Below are positions 47,401 through 61,978 of a stretch of DNA of 64,000 nucleotides, piece by piece (the first letter of the stretch is position 1; each line of letters starts with the position of its first letter). A model generated the notes under the pieces. The model saw only the letters and a list, made by a program, of their open reading frames with translations. It did not search any database and had not been told where the DNA came from. Location of the stretch: assembly GCF_963676685.1 (NCBI RefSeq), contig NC_092348.1, forward strand, positions 43,338,001 to 43,402,000, read 5' to 3'. Position numbers and translations under genes: made by a program. The DNA is from Mytilus edulis. Taxonomy: Eukaryota.

Positions 47401-50400
47401 AAATTTTGTATTTACTCCCGATGCGCGTTTCGACTTCAAAAGACTCATCAGTGACGGTCGAATCCAACTAAAGTACAATTTCAAGAGCATTGAGGCAAAA
47501 ATTCCTAAAAGTTTTGCCAAATACAGCTAAAGTAATCTATTTCTGAAGTAGAATAGCCTTAGCATTTCGAAAATTCAAAAGTTTTGTAAACAGTTAATTT
47601 ATAAATATGACCATATTAATGAAAATTCATGTCAGGGTTGGTGATACCCTCGGGTAAAGCCGAGTTCAAATTGATAGGAATGTGATAGTTGCCGTTGGAT
47701 GTTAAACAGCATGCAGTCATCATCGTTATAATTTCAAAATGATACAACATAACATAAAGATAGTTTATATGTACCGATCACCATTCGACACAGTCAGATT
47801 TCACATAGTCATACATTTTCAAGTGTGTTTGATGTTACTTTAAAATATATTCGATAAAGATTTGACGCAACCAGTCATCAAATTAAAACAGTATTATCAA
47901 GCGGGATTATAAGATTTTTTTTTGTATATCAAAATATAAATGGTCTCAACTTTCTAAAATGTAAAATAAATAATTATGTAAACATGAAATCTGTTTACAT
48001 CATATTTTTTTTAAGGATTCGTGATTTATTTACCCTATTTATGATATATGTGTAGAAATAACATAATTACCTCTATTGAAATAGACTTTCTCACAGTGTC
48101 TAGTATGCTCATTAGACAAGCAGATGGAATAATCATCTCTGTCACATTGTTTTCCGCTTACCGAAATGGAAGATGTATATGCCAGCAGTGATATCTTTTT
48201 GTTGTAAATCTGTACCATCATGGGTATCTGGTTAATGATGGAATGATTGAGTAATACCCCATTACATTGCCATTTTGCAAATACCAAGGACGATCTCGTG
48301 AAGAATGCTGCTATAATTTGCTGACCAGTATCCATTTCTTCCACTGTCGTGCTCAAGATAACTGGAGGTCCTAAAATTAATGTGATAATATTCGATTAAG
48401 TTTTGGGCACCCTTGAATATCTTACGGCACACATTGTAGAAGTACGTGATCTAAGTCACTTTACCTGCTTCTATCATCGGAATAGGAACTTTAAAGGAAA
48501 TCATCTGCGATAAAGATAAAAATTTAAAAAAAACGGATTAAAAAAAAAATAGCGTCAATATAGACAATCAGTTTACGTGTTTTTAGCTTTTAAAAGAAAA
48601 AAAATATGTCAACTGTTTGATTTAGACGTTTTGTAATTTGGATATACGTTTAGTTTGTAATAATCAATCATGATAGTTTGAGTTTAATACATGAACATAT
48701 ATTAAAAGATTTTCATTTAAATTTACATTAAAGAAGAAACAATTTAGCCCCGCAAAAAAATCTTAAAGTTAAGAAAAGGGTTTCATATTTTTTTTAACAA
48801 GAACAAATACATATCTAAGAGACAAGATCTCAAAATGAGGCTGTTATGGCAGCTTTAGATAGTTGCATAAATGTACGGAATTTTAAGCCGTAATACAAAA
48901 ACGTATTAACAGGTACATTACTTTTTGACACAAGATGCGGATTTTCAGTAATGGTCGAGGCCAAAATATTTGAAAATACAAAACATATTCAAAATCTGAA
49001 TAGCTGGTAAAATCCCCAAAGTACAAATAATACAGTCAAGCCAAATGAGACAATATTAAAATATAAAAATACTAATGTCTAAACAACCAACATCTAATGA
49101 AATAATGAAGGATGTTATCTTATATATTTGATATAATACTTTTTGATTTTCAACGCCAACGAAATGCCCGTATCATACCGTTTCCTTTCCGGCGCGTAGT
49201 ACTGGTCGGGTTCAATCATTACAGTGCTTGGACTACTGGTGGACTTTGTATACCTTTGGTGTTATTTGAAAAACCTATCTTAGTCGTACTACACTTGAGT
49301 TTACACTTAACATGCTTTCAACATAAATATGAATGCACTATTTTCAACCACACGAAAAGCCAACAATTTTCAATACCAATAAGCCGACAGCCTTAGTTTT
49401 ACTTTTTTGCATTGTGTATTGTTATAGTAATCCAGACAGATAGACAGTGAACTAGTATTTATTTTGAAAGTGATATAAATGCTCGTGTAATTACGTGTAC
49501 CAATGATTCAATTGTGGTGTTTGTCACTATTTTGCATGACAAAAGTGCTCATCTCTAAAAACCCATGCAAACTTTGCGCTTGTGAAAAAATACTATATTT
49601 GCTATTAAATCATCCAATTAGAACGATTCTTTTGTCAACTTTTCAGAGCTACAATTACACATGGTAAAGAAGACAACATGTTTAGGTTACCGCTAAGTTC
49701 AATACTTTAGAGCCGTTAGTTATGTAGGAAAACGTTACATTACAGAGATAGCTTCCATGTTTGTACTTCTCTTGTTATAGAAGTTACTATTCTGACCAAC
49801 AATGCATTACGGATTGATCAAATGTTTTTTTTATCAAATGTTAAAAAGGAGCTTTCCAGGCTCTATGAGGACTGGTTAAAAAGTAAAATAAACTATGACA
49901 TGTAGAGTGTGATGACAGACAGATTTTAAATTTTTTATGATAAACAATAATTAGCGTATTAAATGAGTGAAACAGAGAGTGTTTGTTTTTTAATGTATCA
50001 TGGGTAAATAACTTAATACGATAAACAACATGTATCTACTAATAACCGTAAATATTCTCATTACCAGTAAAATGCATATAAGATGTTTTATTTGCCCATA
50101 AAATGTTTTCCCCATTCTTGTTCCATACTGAACATGTATAGTCCCCGTCATCCTCATATGTACAGTCGTCAATGACAAGAACTGAATTGTTTTGTCCAGG
50201 AATTCCATGCAAGGATCGAATGTATTTTCCATCCACACTATGTATCCATCTTTCGAAACCAAACATAGAAAGCTCCCCGCTAGCAGAACAAACAAGAGCT
50301 ACAGTTTCCGAAATGTTGCAGAAAAACTCTTGATTTAAATTCAAAATTGGTACGTCTGTAAAATCGATTTAAGAATATACAGAAGCAAAACATAAACGAT

Positions 50401-53400
50401 ATATCATATCTAAGAAACTCAAACATAATGTACGCAATAACAAAAAAACTATATATTGGAAAAACAATTAAATGATAGTAAAGAAATGTAAAGACAATTT
50501 TTGTAGATAACACCATATTTTATAGGTTCATGTAGCACGTAATGAGCGTTCTATATTGAAATAAGTGGCATTAAAAGATACCTGAAAGGAAAATAGCAAA
50601 CATCAATTCCAATTTGGCGCTTTTCTAGATTTTCCTTCATCAGTTTAGTTGAGCCAACTTAATTAATAAAAACATACGTTTGTTTAAAGGTTATGCGTAA
50701 AGTTTGTAAATATTGAGGCATCAAAAGTGACATGAAACAATTTGAACAACTGTGGAAACTGTTCACTATTAAATCGTAACCTTTTGGAATAAAGCGGGAT
50801 TCCCTTGTCATAGATTCACAGAAATCGTATTCGAACTGGTGTTGAATTCTTTTTTGGATGCGCTGTAACAAATTGTAATATCTTCTAGTTTGGTTTCGAT
50901 GTCTGCATATTCGCTTACTTTTCTGTCATAATGGTGCTTTCTTGAGACATGTATTCTACTGTCAATAATGCTACTTTTGCACATTTGTTCAGTATTGATC
51001 TATGATTGATTTCTGTTTTCTCATCCCATGCCGAGATACCGACAGGCATACATGTATATAGTCTTTACAAAATTTGGTACACCTGTTTTGAAATATTTTA
51101 GTTTTTTTTTAAATATTCTTCAACTTTGCAATTTATTTGGTTTTCAAATTGTTTGATACAAGCGATAGTAATTATTACTAATGAATATCGTGCAGAAGAA
51201 CACGCGTCTACCACACTGATTTATGGTATTGTTTGTTGTGATGAGATTTTACAATCACTGCTTAAATGCCTCTGTTGTGAACGGTTCGTCCCTCATGGTA
51301 TTGTACGGCAAGTACAAAATATTGAACGAAGACATTAAACGGAAATTTCCGTACATTTACTGTTTCTCAATATTCTTATGAGATATCAAAATAATTTGAA
51401 ATCCTCACGACGTTTTACACCTGGTGTTGCCTTTGTTTTACAACGAAAGGAATTTGCTCACCAGCATCTTGTCGTATAATGTAAAGCAATAGTTTTAATT
51501 TTTGTCGTATAAAATGCTATTCAAGGATTCTACAGTCTTAATATTTCTATATTTTTAAACATCTTAAAATATGTTATACTAGTTATAATGTTTTTGAATA
51601 ACAACATCAATCCTGGGATTTTTTCCTTTGTGAGCATTGATGTACATAGGTATCAAACTTACCTGGATTATAATTAAGTACGCCAGACTCGCGTTCCGTC
51701 TTCATAAGACTCATCCGTCACGCTCATATCAAAAAATATTTATAAAGCCAAACAAGTACAAAGTTGAAGAGTATTGAGGATTAACAATTCCAAAAAGTTG
51801 TGCCAAATACAGCTTAGGTAATCTATGACTGGCATAAGAAAATCCTTAGTTTTTCGAAAAATTCAAAGTTTTGTAAACAGGAAATTTATAAAAATGACCA
51901 CATTAATGATATTCATGTCAACACCGAGGTGTGTTGACTACTGGACTTGTGATACCTTGGGGACGAAACTTCCACCAGCAATAACATCGATCCAGTGGTG
52001 TAAATAGTTATCAAAGGTACCAGGATTATAATCAAGTACGCCAGACTCGCGTTTCGTCTTCATAAGACTCATCAGTGACGCTCATAAAAAAATACTTATA
52101 CAGCCAAACACGGCTAAGGTTATATATCCTTGTATTTTCTTTAATTATTTATGGTCGTGTTTGTTCTATTTAATTACTAGAGCGTTGTAGTATTTTGTAA
52201 TAATAAACAACCAATTCAGTACTGAATAAAATGGGGAAAAAGTATTAAACAATAATTTTTTTTTGTGTAAGTTAGGTTAATACTGACACATTGTGAAGGT
52301 TCATAAGCATAAGATATTAATACCATTAAAATGGCAGTGTACTTGTCAAAACAATTTGTTTTGAGGAGAGACTAAAATTTAGATGGAGGTAACCTCATGT
52401 ACAACAAAAGAAAGAGTTTTGTGTTTTTTTAATATCAGAGGTTTTTTCTTTGCTACCTTTTACATTTGTACTGTTACGATGTTTACTTACACAATTAGTT
52501 GAGTTAACTTACTTTTAACTTTCAAAGTGACATAATCAGAAACGGTAAAATCTACGTTCCTGGTCCGTATACTACAGATACATTGGGTACCGTCATATGA
52601 TGAATTCACCCTTAATTCCGCTGTTGTCCACACTACTGTTTCATTACTCATCATTTCATTTACATTTTTGATTGTTCCACAATTCCATATAAAATGAAAT
52701 CTTGAACTTGTAATTGCTGCGGTGCAAATGAATGTCACAGTGGTCCCAGATATGACAGGAACATCGCCGTTTATGTATACTGATGGAGAAGGTATATCTA
52801 AAATAAAATGTCTCAAAGATATTTTCATAAAAAGGATCTGATTGTCTGTCCCTTTATTTCCAACTTTGCATACTTGATTTATCACTTCAATCGTTTTATT
52901 GAATTTTATATTTTGTTTTTTTTCCTCTATTTATTTACATTTTTTTATTATGTGTATAACGGAAAGCACGGAGGTTTCTGATGTACCAAATCGTGAAAAT
53001 CAAGCACCGCACGCGCAAATGTTCTTACCGTTACTGGGTACTGCCAGTGCGGTGAGGAATATGTATTGCTGTCGTTACACTTGATAGTTTATAGATTGGA
53101 TGTTATTATTCTTGTTTTATTCATCATGCACATGTACCTTTGATTTATATGTCTTGTACTATTACAATTTTGCACCTCTTAATATGTGGTAAAATAATAT
53201 GTACTTTTCTCCGAGTCTGTCATTCATTGTGGGGCATATACCTTTGTGAGGGTTTTTTTAATTGGATCCATCACTCTTGATATTGAGGCGTTCAATATAA
53301 ACCACATTTGTTCATACATCATTATCAGGATAGTTATTTCGTTTAAGCTATCAATTAATCAATGACTGCTAACCACCAATTTGAAATGTACTACATGTAT

Positions 53401-55841
53401 GTTGCTATTCATCTGATTCTCTAGGTTGTGGATCTTTTTTTTAAAGACTAACATAGAACTCACGAAGACACGTATCTAATTTATTTGGTAACATGTTGTA
53501 AATCTCTTCATTGACATTCTTGATAGTATTAAGATAAACAGCCAGGAGACAGGACGTTCACACAACTGTTAATTTTTTATTTCGTATCGTCACTTTCGCT
53601 CTCTAGCATAAACTGCAATCATTCAATGTCATTCATCTGAACAAATTTATTGGTAAATGCACCAGAACAATTAGAACTGTATGTGATGTCTTTTTGTGTG
53701 TTATTAACAATGGAAGAACCTGCATATTGTGATCATGATATATATCTATTTTAATTTAGCACAGTTCAATGAGAACTTCAATTAAGGACTTGGAGATTGA
53801 CGATTCATTTTAACAAGCGGTTTACTTTTTTGAATGTTGCAGACATTTCTAATAAGTATTTAGCCATAGTTGTCCTAGGCCTACCAACATAATGGTATTA
53901 AAATTCTAAATTATTTGAAATATTAGTAGGAATACACGTACTATGTAAATGAACATGTTTTAGTGTTGTACTAGTTTAGCCAAACCTGTTAAAAGGATCA
54001 CATTAAAAAAGAATACAAAGAGTCATGTCATTGCAACTAACCTTTTCATGTCCCAATACCTATGGATTTTGAACCTTACTTAAAAAGGTTACCTTTCTTC
54101 AAAGGTCACATTCCTGTGTTAACGCAGGTTTTGCTGTAATTATTTTTGAATTAGCTCTTTGCATTTGTTGAAACATAATAACGTTGGTAAATAATGACTA
54201 CATAAAATTGAGAATGGAAATGGGGAATGTGCCAAAGAGACAACAACCCGACCATAGAAAAAAACAACAGCAGAAGGTCACCAACATGTCTTCAATGTAG
54301 CGAGACATTCCCGCACCCGGAGGCGTCCTTGTATGTATCTTTTTTTCAGAAATCCCTTTCATGTAAGTGTATTTTCAAAGCGACTACTTTGATATTGCAC
54401 AGAATGGTCTCATATCTCATCTTCCTATATCTACCAACATGAATAGGGATTCCCATTAAAATACGTTTGATATTAATTAGGCCGAAACTCATTCCTAGCA
54501 CTGATTGCGAATTCACTTTGACCAAAGAGGTACTGAAGTCAGAACCGAAAGAAGCATTCCTCTTATTATATTTGACTATATTCCAAATTAAGTTGAAATC
54601 ATTTAAGATTCCGTAGTATTTGATTTATCATTCGAAACAAGTTGATCGGTATCTATATTCACGCTTTTTTTGCGTGGGTATAATTTAGATATTATACATT
54701 AATAGCTTTCATATGAAGTTGATACGCAGACAGATTGACTTGAAAGTAGTGTATCATCTGGAGACGAAGTATGAGGTAGATGTATTTCTCTTAGTTGATA
54801 ATTCAGTTTAGCATGTGCCTCGTTCTGAACGAATGAAATAAAGTAGAATAAACAAAATAGTATTAAAAAGTAACAATTGTCTCAGTAAATGTCAAAATAA
54901 GATAATGAAGTTCTTAACTTGAATTAATTCAACACGATATTTAAAGTTTGGATTTCAACTATTTGCATAATGTGACCCTTGTTGCATTTGGTATTCCCCT
55001 TAAAATTGCTTAAAAAGAAATGATGCTTTGTCAATTATATGTTTATACATCTGTATTTATTGTAGACACAAATATAAGTGATACTACCTATAATTCTGAC
55101 GATCACATCATTCGAAGCTTTCACATCGTTGCCAGTAAATCTCATTGTACAACTGAACGAAACTTGTCTACTTTTGACATCCGGCTGGAAAAACACCACG
55201 TAAGATCTTCTATTCTGAGCACAACTACACGTACCATTTACACATATTTTGTTTAATTTTGAATTGAAACAAGCAGATGAATGCTTTCGGATATTGGTAA
55301 ATGTTACTTTGTTAACCAGGAATTCAGCAACATGCCCAATGGGTACAAAGTCTGAAGAACAATTAAGTTTAACTGTTTCTCCTGTTTGCACATATGGTTT
55401 TGCAGCAAGCACAACTGTGACTGACTTTACAACTGAGGAAATATATAAAAATAGTCAGCAAATATAATTTGTATCACACGATACCATTGTCAAGAAGAGG
55501 TTTATATATTGTAAGATAAATAAGATGTAAAGCGGTATACATAATTATGTATAATAATAATAATAACAGTTCTAACACAATGCTTGGCGGCGTTGTCATA
55601 GACGCGAGAAGTAAAAGTACAGGTTTAAGCCCCTGAAATGAAAAATTAAAAAAAGACACTTTTTCTAAAAAAAAGGATAACAAAATAATTGTCCTTACAC
55701 ATTCTGCGCTTTGATACATTTCTGCTTTTGTCCTATTGGTAAACAAGATTAATCAATACAACAAATAAACAAATAAATATACAAAATACACTCACCATGG
55801 AAAATAAAACTTAAAATGATTGTTAGGATAGTTGCTTCCAT
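44458..55841 (-). CDS. Type I transmembrane Ig-superfamily receptor, ~577 aa; exons 55796-55841, 55088-55432, 52513-52797, 50065-50355, 48071-48370, 46798-46908, 45964-46015, 44458-44761
   Basis: Signal-peptide exon, four phase-1/phase-1 Ig-like exons (e.g. LVCSA..W..DDGDYTC), a TM exon IFWVMCVLILCIVAVGILPMLV, and a Tyr-rich tail. All junctions are GT-AG and the 1734-nt frame is open. Confidence 0.85.
47375..47655 (-). repeat. Partial retrozyme unit with a degenerate hammerhead (47414-47457) in intron 5 of the Ig gene
   Basis: CUGAUGA and GAAA retained; stems I-III carry mismatches. Confidence 0.65.
51650..52120 (-). mobile_element. Non-LTR retrozyme, 358-nt unit with two hammerhead copies, in intron 3 of the Ig gene
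   Basis: acgccagactcgcg repeated at 51680 and 52038. Confidence 0.8.
52038..52081 (-). ncRNA. Minimal type I hammerhead ribozyme (core intact)
   Basis: gcguca-CUGAUGA-gucuu(aug)aagac-GAAA-c(gcga)g-UC^-uggcgu. Confidence 0.8.
54204..54328 (-). repeat. Retroposon terminal fragment (same family as 36289-36410 and 42040-42157)
   Basis: Reverse complement of ...ggcacattccccatttccattctcaatttt. Confidence 0.75.
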
Positions 55842-58800
55842 GACTAACCAGATAAGTGTTTACAAGGCTAGTGCTTTCTACGATGACACATGCATTTAAA
55901 GGAAATAATGTTAATTTGAATGAATAATAAATTAATATTTAATTTGAAAATCGGGTAATTAACATTTCCGATGCATAATTATTTTTAGAAGTATTCAATT
56001 GTTTAACCGGATGGGGAAACGATGACCTAATTGTCAATAACATAACAATTTGAACATGCAAACAATCTGTCGCCGATTTCACACCTGTTAGTTCAACATA
56101 TACTATGTAACTAAATAAAGAAGTTAGAACATACACCGAATCTAAACTTTAAAATCATAGAGTAGCCGACCTATTTCACGTTCATGTATATGATCCTTTA
56201 ATGTTAATATATAACTAATTTGTATATTTTTCTGGTTATCTTGAGATAATCTGATATAGATAATGTTCCATCACTAGTTTTAAATTGTATTTACACTTGA
56301 TACCATTTAATTTACACGCAATTATAGTCAAATGCATCGAAAGGTCATTCGACATTATCAGACAATCAATCTTTTTGTTATAAACCCGTTAATAAACAAT
56401 CATACAAACTAAATAAATCACAGAAAACGTAATATTTAATAACACGAACAGGACCTTCAAACGAATTGGAATTGACGTGCACAAGACAGATAGCAATTCG
56501 TACCGCGCTACTTACACATATCATGCAACTCTACTTAAAATACTATGATTCAGTTACATATGTATATCTCTTAACATAATCACTAGAGAGATATGTAACA
56601 TTACCTTTACGTGTATTTAATTTGTACATGGTAAACTATGATGTATGTTCCACAAAAGGAAGTGTCTGTTCCATGTCGGGAATATGACACGTGTTTTCTA
56701 TTCGTTTGATGTGTGGGAGCTTTTGATTTTGCCATATGAGAAAGGGTTTTCCCGTTTCAATGTTGCTTAATTTTGGGTAGTTTTGCTACTGGTATTTTAT
56801 TTTTTGATAAACGAATTATCTTTCTTTTGGCCAGAAAATAATCAAACGTCTCAGTATCATGAGTATAGTAGTCAAGTTATTAAAACCATCATGGAGAGAA
56901 AAATATTTCTCGTTTCTAGGTAGAATCGTAGCAGTCTTTTTTTATATATAAAATTTATTTCTTTATTTTTAGCTTCATACCACATGCTGTGTGCTAGATA
57001 TTGTAATTATATTTGAGTCCTGTAATCGGCAAGCTTTAACATATTTATTCATGTTATTATATTGTGAGAGTGTGATAAATGTTATTTTCATGAAATTATC
57101 GTTTAATTCATACATGTCATGCAAAAGCTGAATAACTATAAAAACAATTTGAACATATAATAAGAGTTATTGCTTTAGCTTGATGAGTGAAAACTCTGGT
57201 ATTCCAAAATATTAGAAAATTTGACTAATCGAAACATTTGAAATAAGACATGTATGTGCCAATTGTTTGTAAGGTCTGCTTCCAAATTGTTGTATGTAAA
57301 TTTGAAAAAATGGTGTTTATCATGCATGTATCTTTATTAATGTACAAATGAGGTATAGTGTTATATTATCAAAACATGTCGAACTTTTTAGGCTACAGCC
57401 ATTTACAAATTATTGAAGTTCTTGAACTACATTTGGTGGCAATTTTTCGTATTTAGTAAGCCTAGTATACAGATTTTTGTTGTTGAAATAATTGATAATT
57501 GATAATTTCTATCGGTTTACTGATAAAACAGGTTTAATAAAAGTTATAATTCCGTATTTATACTCGAGTCCTCCCCTTTTTTCTTTGAATTCTGAACTTT
57601 GGCCGTGTCTGTTACTTAACGTTATCGTATTGTGACGTCACTTCTAAATTTTCTAACGCTTGAACTGGAAGCTTGATATACTTGTTTTTCGGACTAAATG
57701 GCAATTATTGAAGAGGATAATCTTTTCTACTCGTCTTAAATAACACAAATGTTGCAGTGGTTGTGTTCAATTAAATCGTTATAAAGTTTTTTGTAATTGC
57801 GATTACACGTGTTTCCGAATATTTTCAAATTGAGGATGGAACATTTTATATCAATACTTGATACTGATTTGAAGCAGATAGTGGTAGTTTTTCATGCATC
57901 TTCTAGTCAGTTTTGATGGTGGACTTTAACTAATTTAGAAAGGAAACAACTTCAATTTCTAGCATTTAATTGTACATACATATAGATGTATGCGTTTCCA
58001 AAGAAGGATTTCTTTTAAATGCATTTTGATATTTTTTATTGTTTGTTAGTATTATCTTTAATAAAACAATTGTCGCAGTATAAGTGCAGAGGCATATGAC
58101 AGGGGGTCATGACCCTATAATTCTACGTTAGACCATATGCTGCAAAATTTTACTGTGGTACCACAGGGAAGTTGTGTTTTTTATAAATGGTTTTCTCTTG
58201 TTTACTAGAGCGGCCGGTTCATTACTGTTACCAGTTTTGAATTATTTTATCCTCCGAGTACCAGGGAAAGCGTTGTTGATGCTATGGCCTAGCGTCAGTG
58301 TGGGGTCGTGCTCCTCGTTCACTATAATTTCCCTTTGAGGAACTTTTGTTACTTCTGTTACCAGAAGAACGCATACCTGCCAATATTACAAATGCCTGCA
58401 GTTTGTATCGTTTTGCAATACATCAATAACTGTTTTTCCCCTTCGGCCGATTTTATTCCACATATGATTTTTTGAATTATCTATATCTGTGATTAGTATT
58501 AAGGAGATGCAGAATGATCGCCCATGAGACCACTCCACCGTAAAAACAAAGTTTGTATTAGGAACTAAAGGTGACCGTACAACCTGCAACAATGAACAAA
58601 ACCTATGCGATCGATTTTTATTACACAAAATATTTTTTGAATTATCTTAATCTTTAATTCACCTTATTGAGAAGCCCTGCGACAACATGATAGAAATAAA
58701 AAAATATTTATGACAGGCAAACATTTCAACATACCATTTCATTTAATAATGTATAATGGACACAAAATATCAAAAAGCATAATAAAATATAATTTTATTA

Positions 58801-61460
58801 TATCCTATTATTTTACATATTCAACATATAAACAATTAATAATTTACTTCATTTAGTCTCCTTATCTCAGCATTTTACTGTCAAAAGAAAGCAATGGTTT
58901 ACATTCTCAGAAATATAGCATATGATGGTTATTTGAATGTCACAAGCATAAGAAATGCAGTCAGAGTGTACTTTCGAAGATCATGCCCCGATTCTATTCT
59001 CAAGAACTAATTATGTAAATTCAAGTCATTAATTATCAATTATGTCAAGTCGTAAATATTTTTGAAAACATTTGATGCATGGGGGTACATTTAGTGATTT
59101 AAATAATTTTTTTTTTTTTTTTTTTAACTTATAGCAAATGCAACAAAATAATCTTATGAAGATATTTTTAAGATCACGTTGAAGTCTGAATGATCACACT
59201 TGCGTACATTTTAAGCTTTCACAGCCATTTTGTTTGTTTATATATTCATAATTCTTAAGTTATAAGAAAAATCCCGATTTAGTTTTAAACCAAGAGTTCA
59301 TATATTTAATTAAGTAGAAAAATTCTACAATGTCTATAGCTGGATTTAAATCTAGCTAGCCAACAGACACGCAAATATATTGTTACATTAAGTCAGCGTG
59401 ACATTAATCAAACACGCACATAATCGAATAAATCATTAATATATGATAAGAAGCCAAATGAACATTTCGTTCGTCAACTTCCGATTGGTAGAAGTATATT
59501 TGACCATATTTTCATACTCTAGTAAAATCTATGGACATGGGAGGAATAAACAAAAATGATATATACTAGGATCATGTGTATTGTTCTTTTTTTTCGTCGT
59601 TTAAGTCGTCAACATTTCAGTGTCAGCAGTTGGAGGTGCGAACTCTTCTACTGTCAAGATTTTTATGAATAATTTTGCATACGCTTTTTTTGTGACTAAA
59701 GCATGGTATACCTTACTTGGTCACAGCAGGTATTTTTTTGGTTTGTTTATTGGTGTGTGGGGGGGGGGGAGGTCATAATTTTTTTTAGTAACATACACCA
59801 AAAAATCGTTTCCATGTTGTTTTTTTAATATTTTCAATGTTAACGTAAAGAGAGGTTCAATCTCCTAATTCATCAGTTCAAAACTTTATATCTTCCAGTT
59901 TATTTATGATTTATGCTCTGATAAATATATATTTGTTTTTTTAAATAGACACGTCTCGAATTACAATGACATAATTATATATGTTTATGACTTTAGACTG
60001 GGTAAGTTTTTCTTGTTTTTTTTCTAAAGCATTATTTTATATTATTGAAATAGTTTTCATTTCAAAACATTGTTCGAATTTAAATGTTTATCAATGGAAC
60101 GATAAGAAGTGTTCTTTCTTCTTCTTCCCGGAGCAATTCGTGTTTTGCGACGAAATCGAAGCATTCTGTATTTAGTATATATATGTGTGTGTTAAAAGGT
60201 ACTCATATGTTGATAAATTGATTTGTTGTTTTGCAATTTCATAACAACACCTAGCAATTGACCTCTAGATATATTTTGGGTATCGGTATCATTGTGTTGC
60301 AGTCTCAATAACGGATACCACACCTCTTCGTTTATTAATTTTATTTCATTCAAACAGCTTTGAATGAAAATAACACTTGATCAATACCAGTTGGAAGCCA
60401 TTTTCTTAATTTAGATAGTTAAACTTTAATAGAAAACAGTAAAACATAATACAATGTAATTATGCTACATTGGTATGTCCCGGGACAAGATACAATGAAA
60501 TTGTGTGTGTATTGTTTCCTTCTATTCAAGCTATAATCGCTTGTTTGAACTCGTTTTTGTTAAGGGGATAATTTATGAAAACAGACAGAAAACTATTTTT
60601 AAATCTTCATAAAATAAATATGGCAATATTTATATGATATTCCATGTCATACAACGCAGAGTTAAAGGCCAGTTTTTCTTTATAAACTGAACAAAGCTAT
60701 TATGCACGAAGTAAATATTGTACGTTTTAAATTCAATAACAAATTATTCAAATTATCTAAACACTCAATTTATTTATGATATTTATCGATGTTTAACTTC
60801 TACGGTAAGGTTTAAACACTGAATCGAAATATATCAAAGGTGTCCGATCGATCTCTAGTGAAACAAAAGGTTTATGCTGCTGTTAATGTTTCATTCCTGA
60901 TATAAATATTATAAAAATAATGAGATAAGAAATAAATCATCAGTAATTGTTACCCAGAATAATATACATGCAAATTCCCACAATGCAAAATATTTAACAA
61001 ATTCACCACTTTTTCTACATAAGAAATTGCCTGTACCAAGCCAGGAATATGACAGTTGTTGTCCATTTTGCAGTTGATTGTAAGATACGAATATATTATG
61101 TCGCACTTTTAACCGCCATCGGATTAAGTTGTAAATAATTGAAATCTATAATCGATTTTGGTATTTGAGAGAACTAAAACATTATATTTAAGATTACAAA
61201 AAATATTCATTTTTAAAACGAAACTTTATGAATTATTGTTAAAGTTCATATCGTCAATTTTCTGTCGGTTACATATATGTACATGTATAAGACTTTAAGA
61301 TTTTATCCACCATTTTCTACTTAACGAAATACCTGGATCAAGTCAGGAATATGATTTTGTTTTCGATTTCTGTGAAATATTTGAGCTTTTGATTTTGCCA
61401 TTTGATTCGGGACTTTTCGAGTTGAATTTTCCTTTGAGTTCAATATTTTTTGTTATTACA

Positions 61461-61792
61461 AAAAATAAAGCTGTGGTATGATTGCTAATGAGACAACTTT
61501 TCACAGGAGACCAACATGACACAGAAATTAACAACTTTAGGTCACCGTACGGCCTTCAACAATGAGCAAAGCTCATACCGCATAGTCAGCTATAAAAGGC
61601 ACCGAAATGACAATATTAAACTATTGTTAAGAGAAAAATTAACGACCTAATTTATGTACAAAAAATGAACGAAAAACAAATATGTAAAACAATAACAAAA
61701 GACAACCACTGAATTACAACTCCTGACTTGGGACATGCACATACATACAGAAGGTAGCGGGACCCCAACCCTCTACCTAACCTGGACAGTGG
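61461..61792 (+). repeat. Near full-length copy of the abundant SINE-like repeat
   Basis: Colinear with 17505-17830 and with the reverse complement of 9745-9955. Confidence 0.75.
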
Positions 61793-61978
61793 AATATGAC
61801 TTTTTTTTCAAATACGATTTCGTTTCATCATGTTCGTTTATACTTATATATTTCTATTTCCAGTATCGTTGCACAAATCTTTATACTTTATAAATGGTAT
61901 AATATATTTTATTGTACATGTTGTACTAAATGTCTAAATAATAGTCAACGATAATTCTCATAAGGGTGTTCGATTGTT

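Noticed and set aside
55580-55632. Candidate extra exon after catttcag in Ig intron 1
   Set aside because: Phase-1 joining gives a TAA after two codons; exon 1 splices cleanly to 55432.
56000-61400. Genes upstream of the Ig receptor
   Set aside because: Only short low-complexity ORFs and repeat fragments; no exon chain could be supported.
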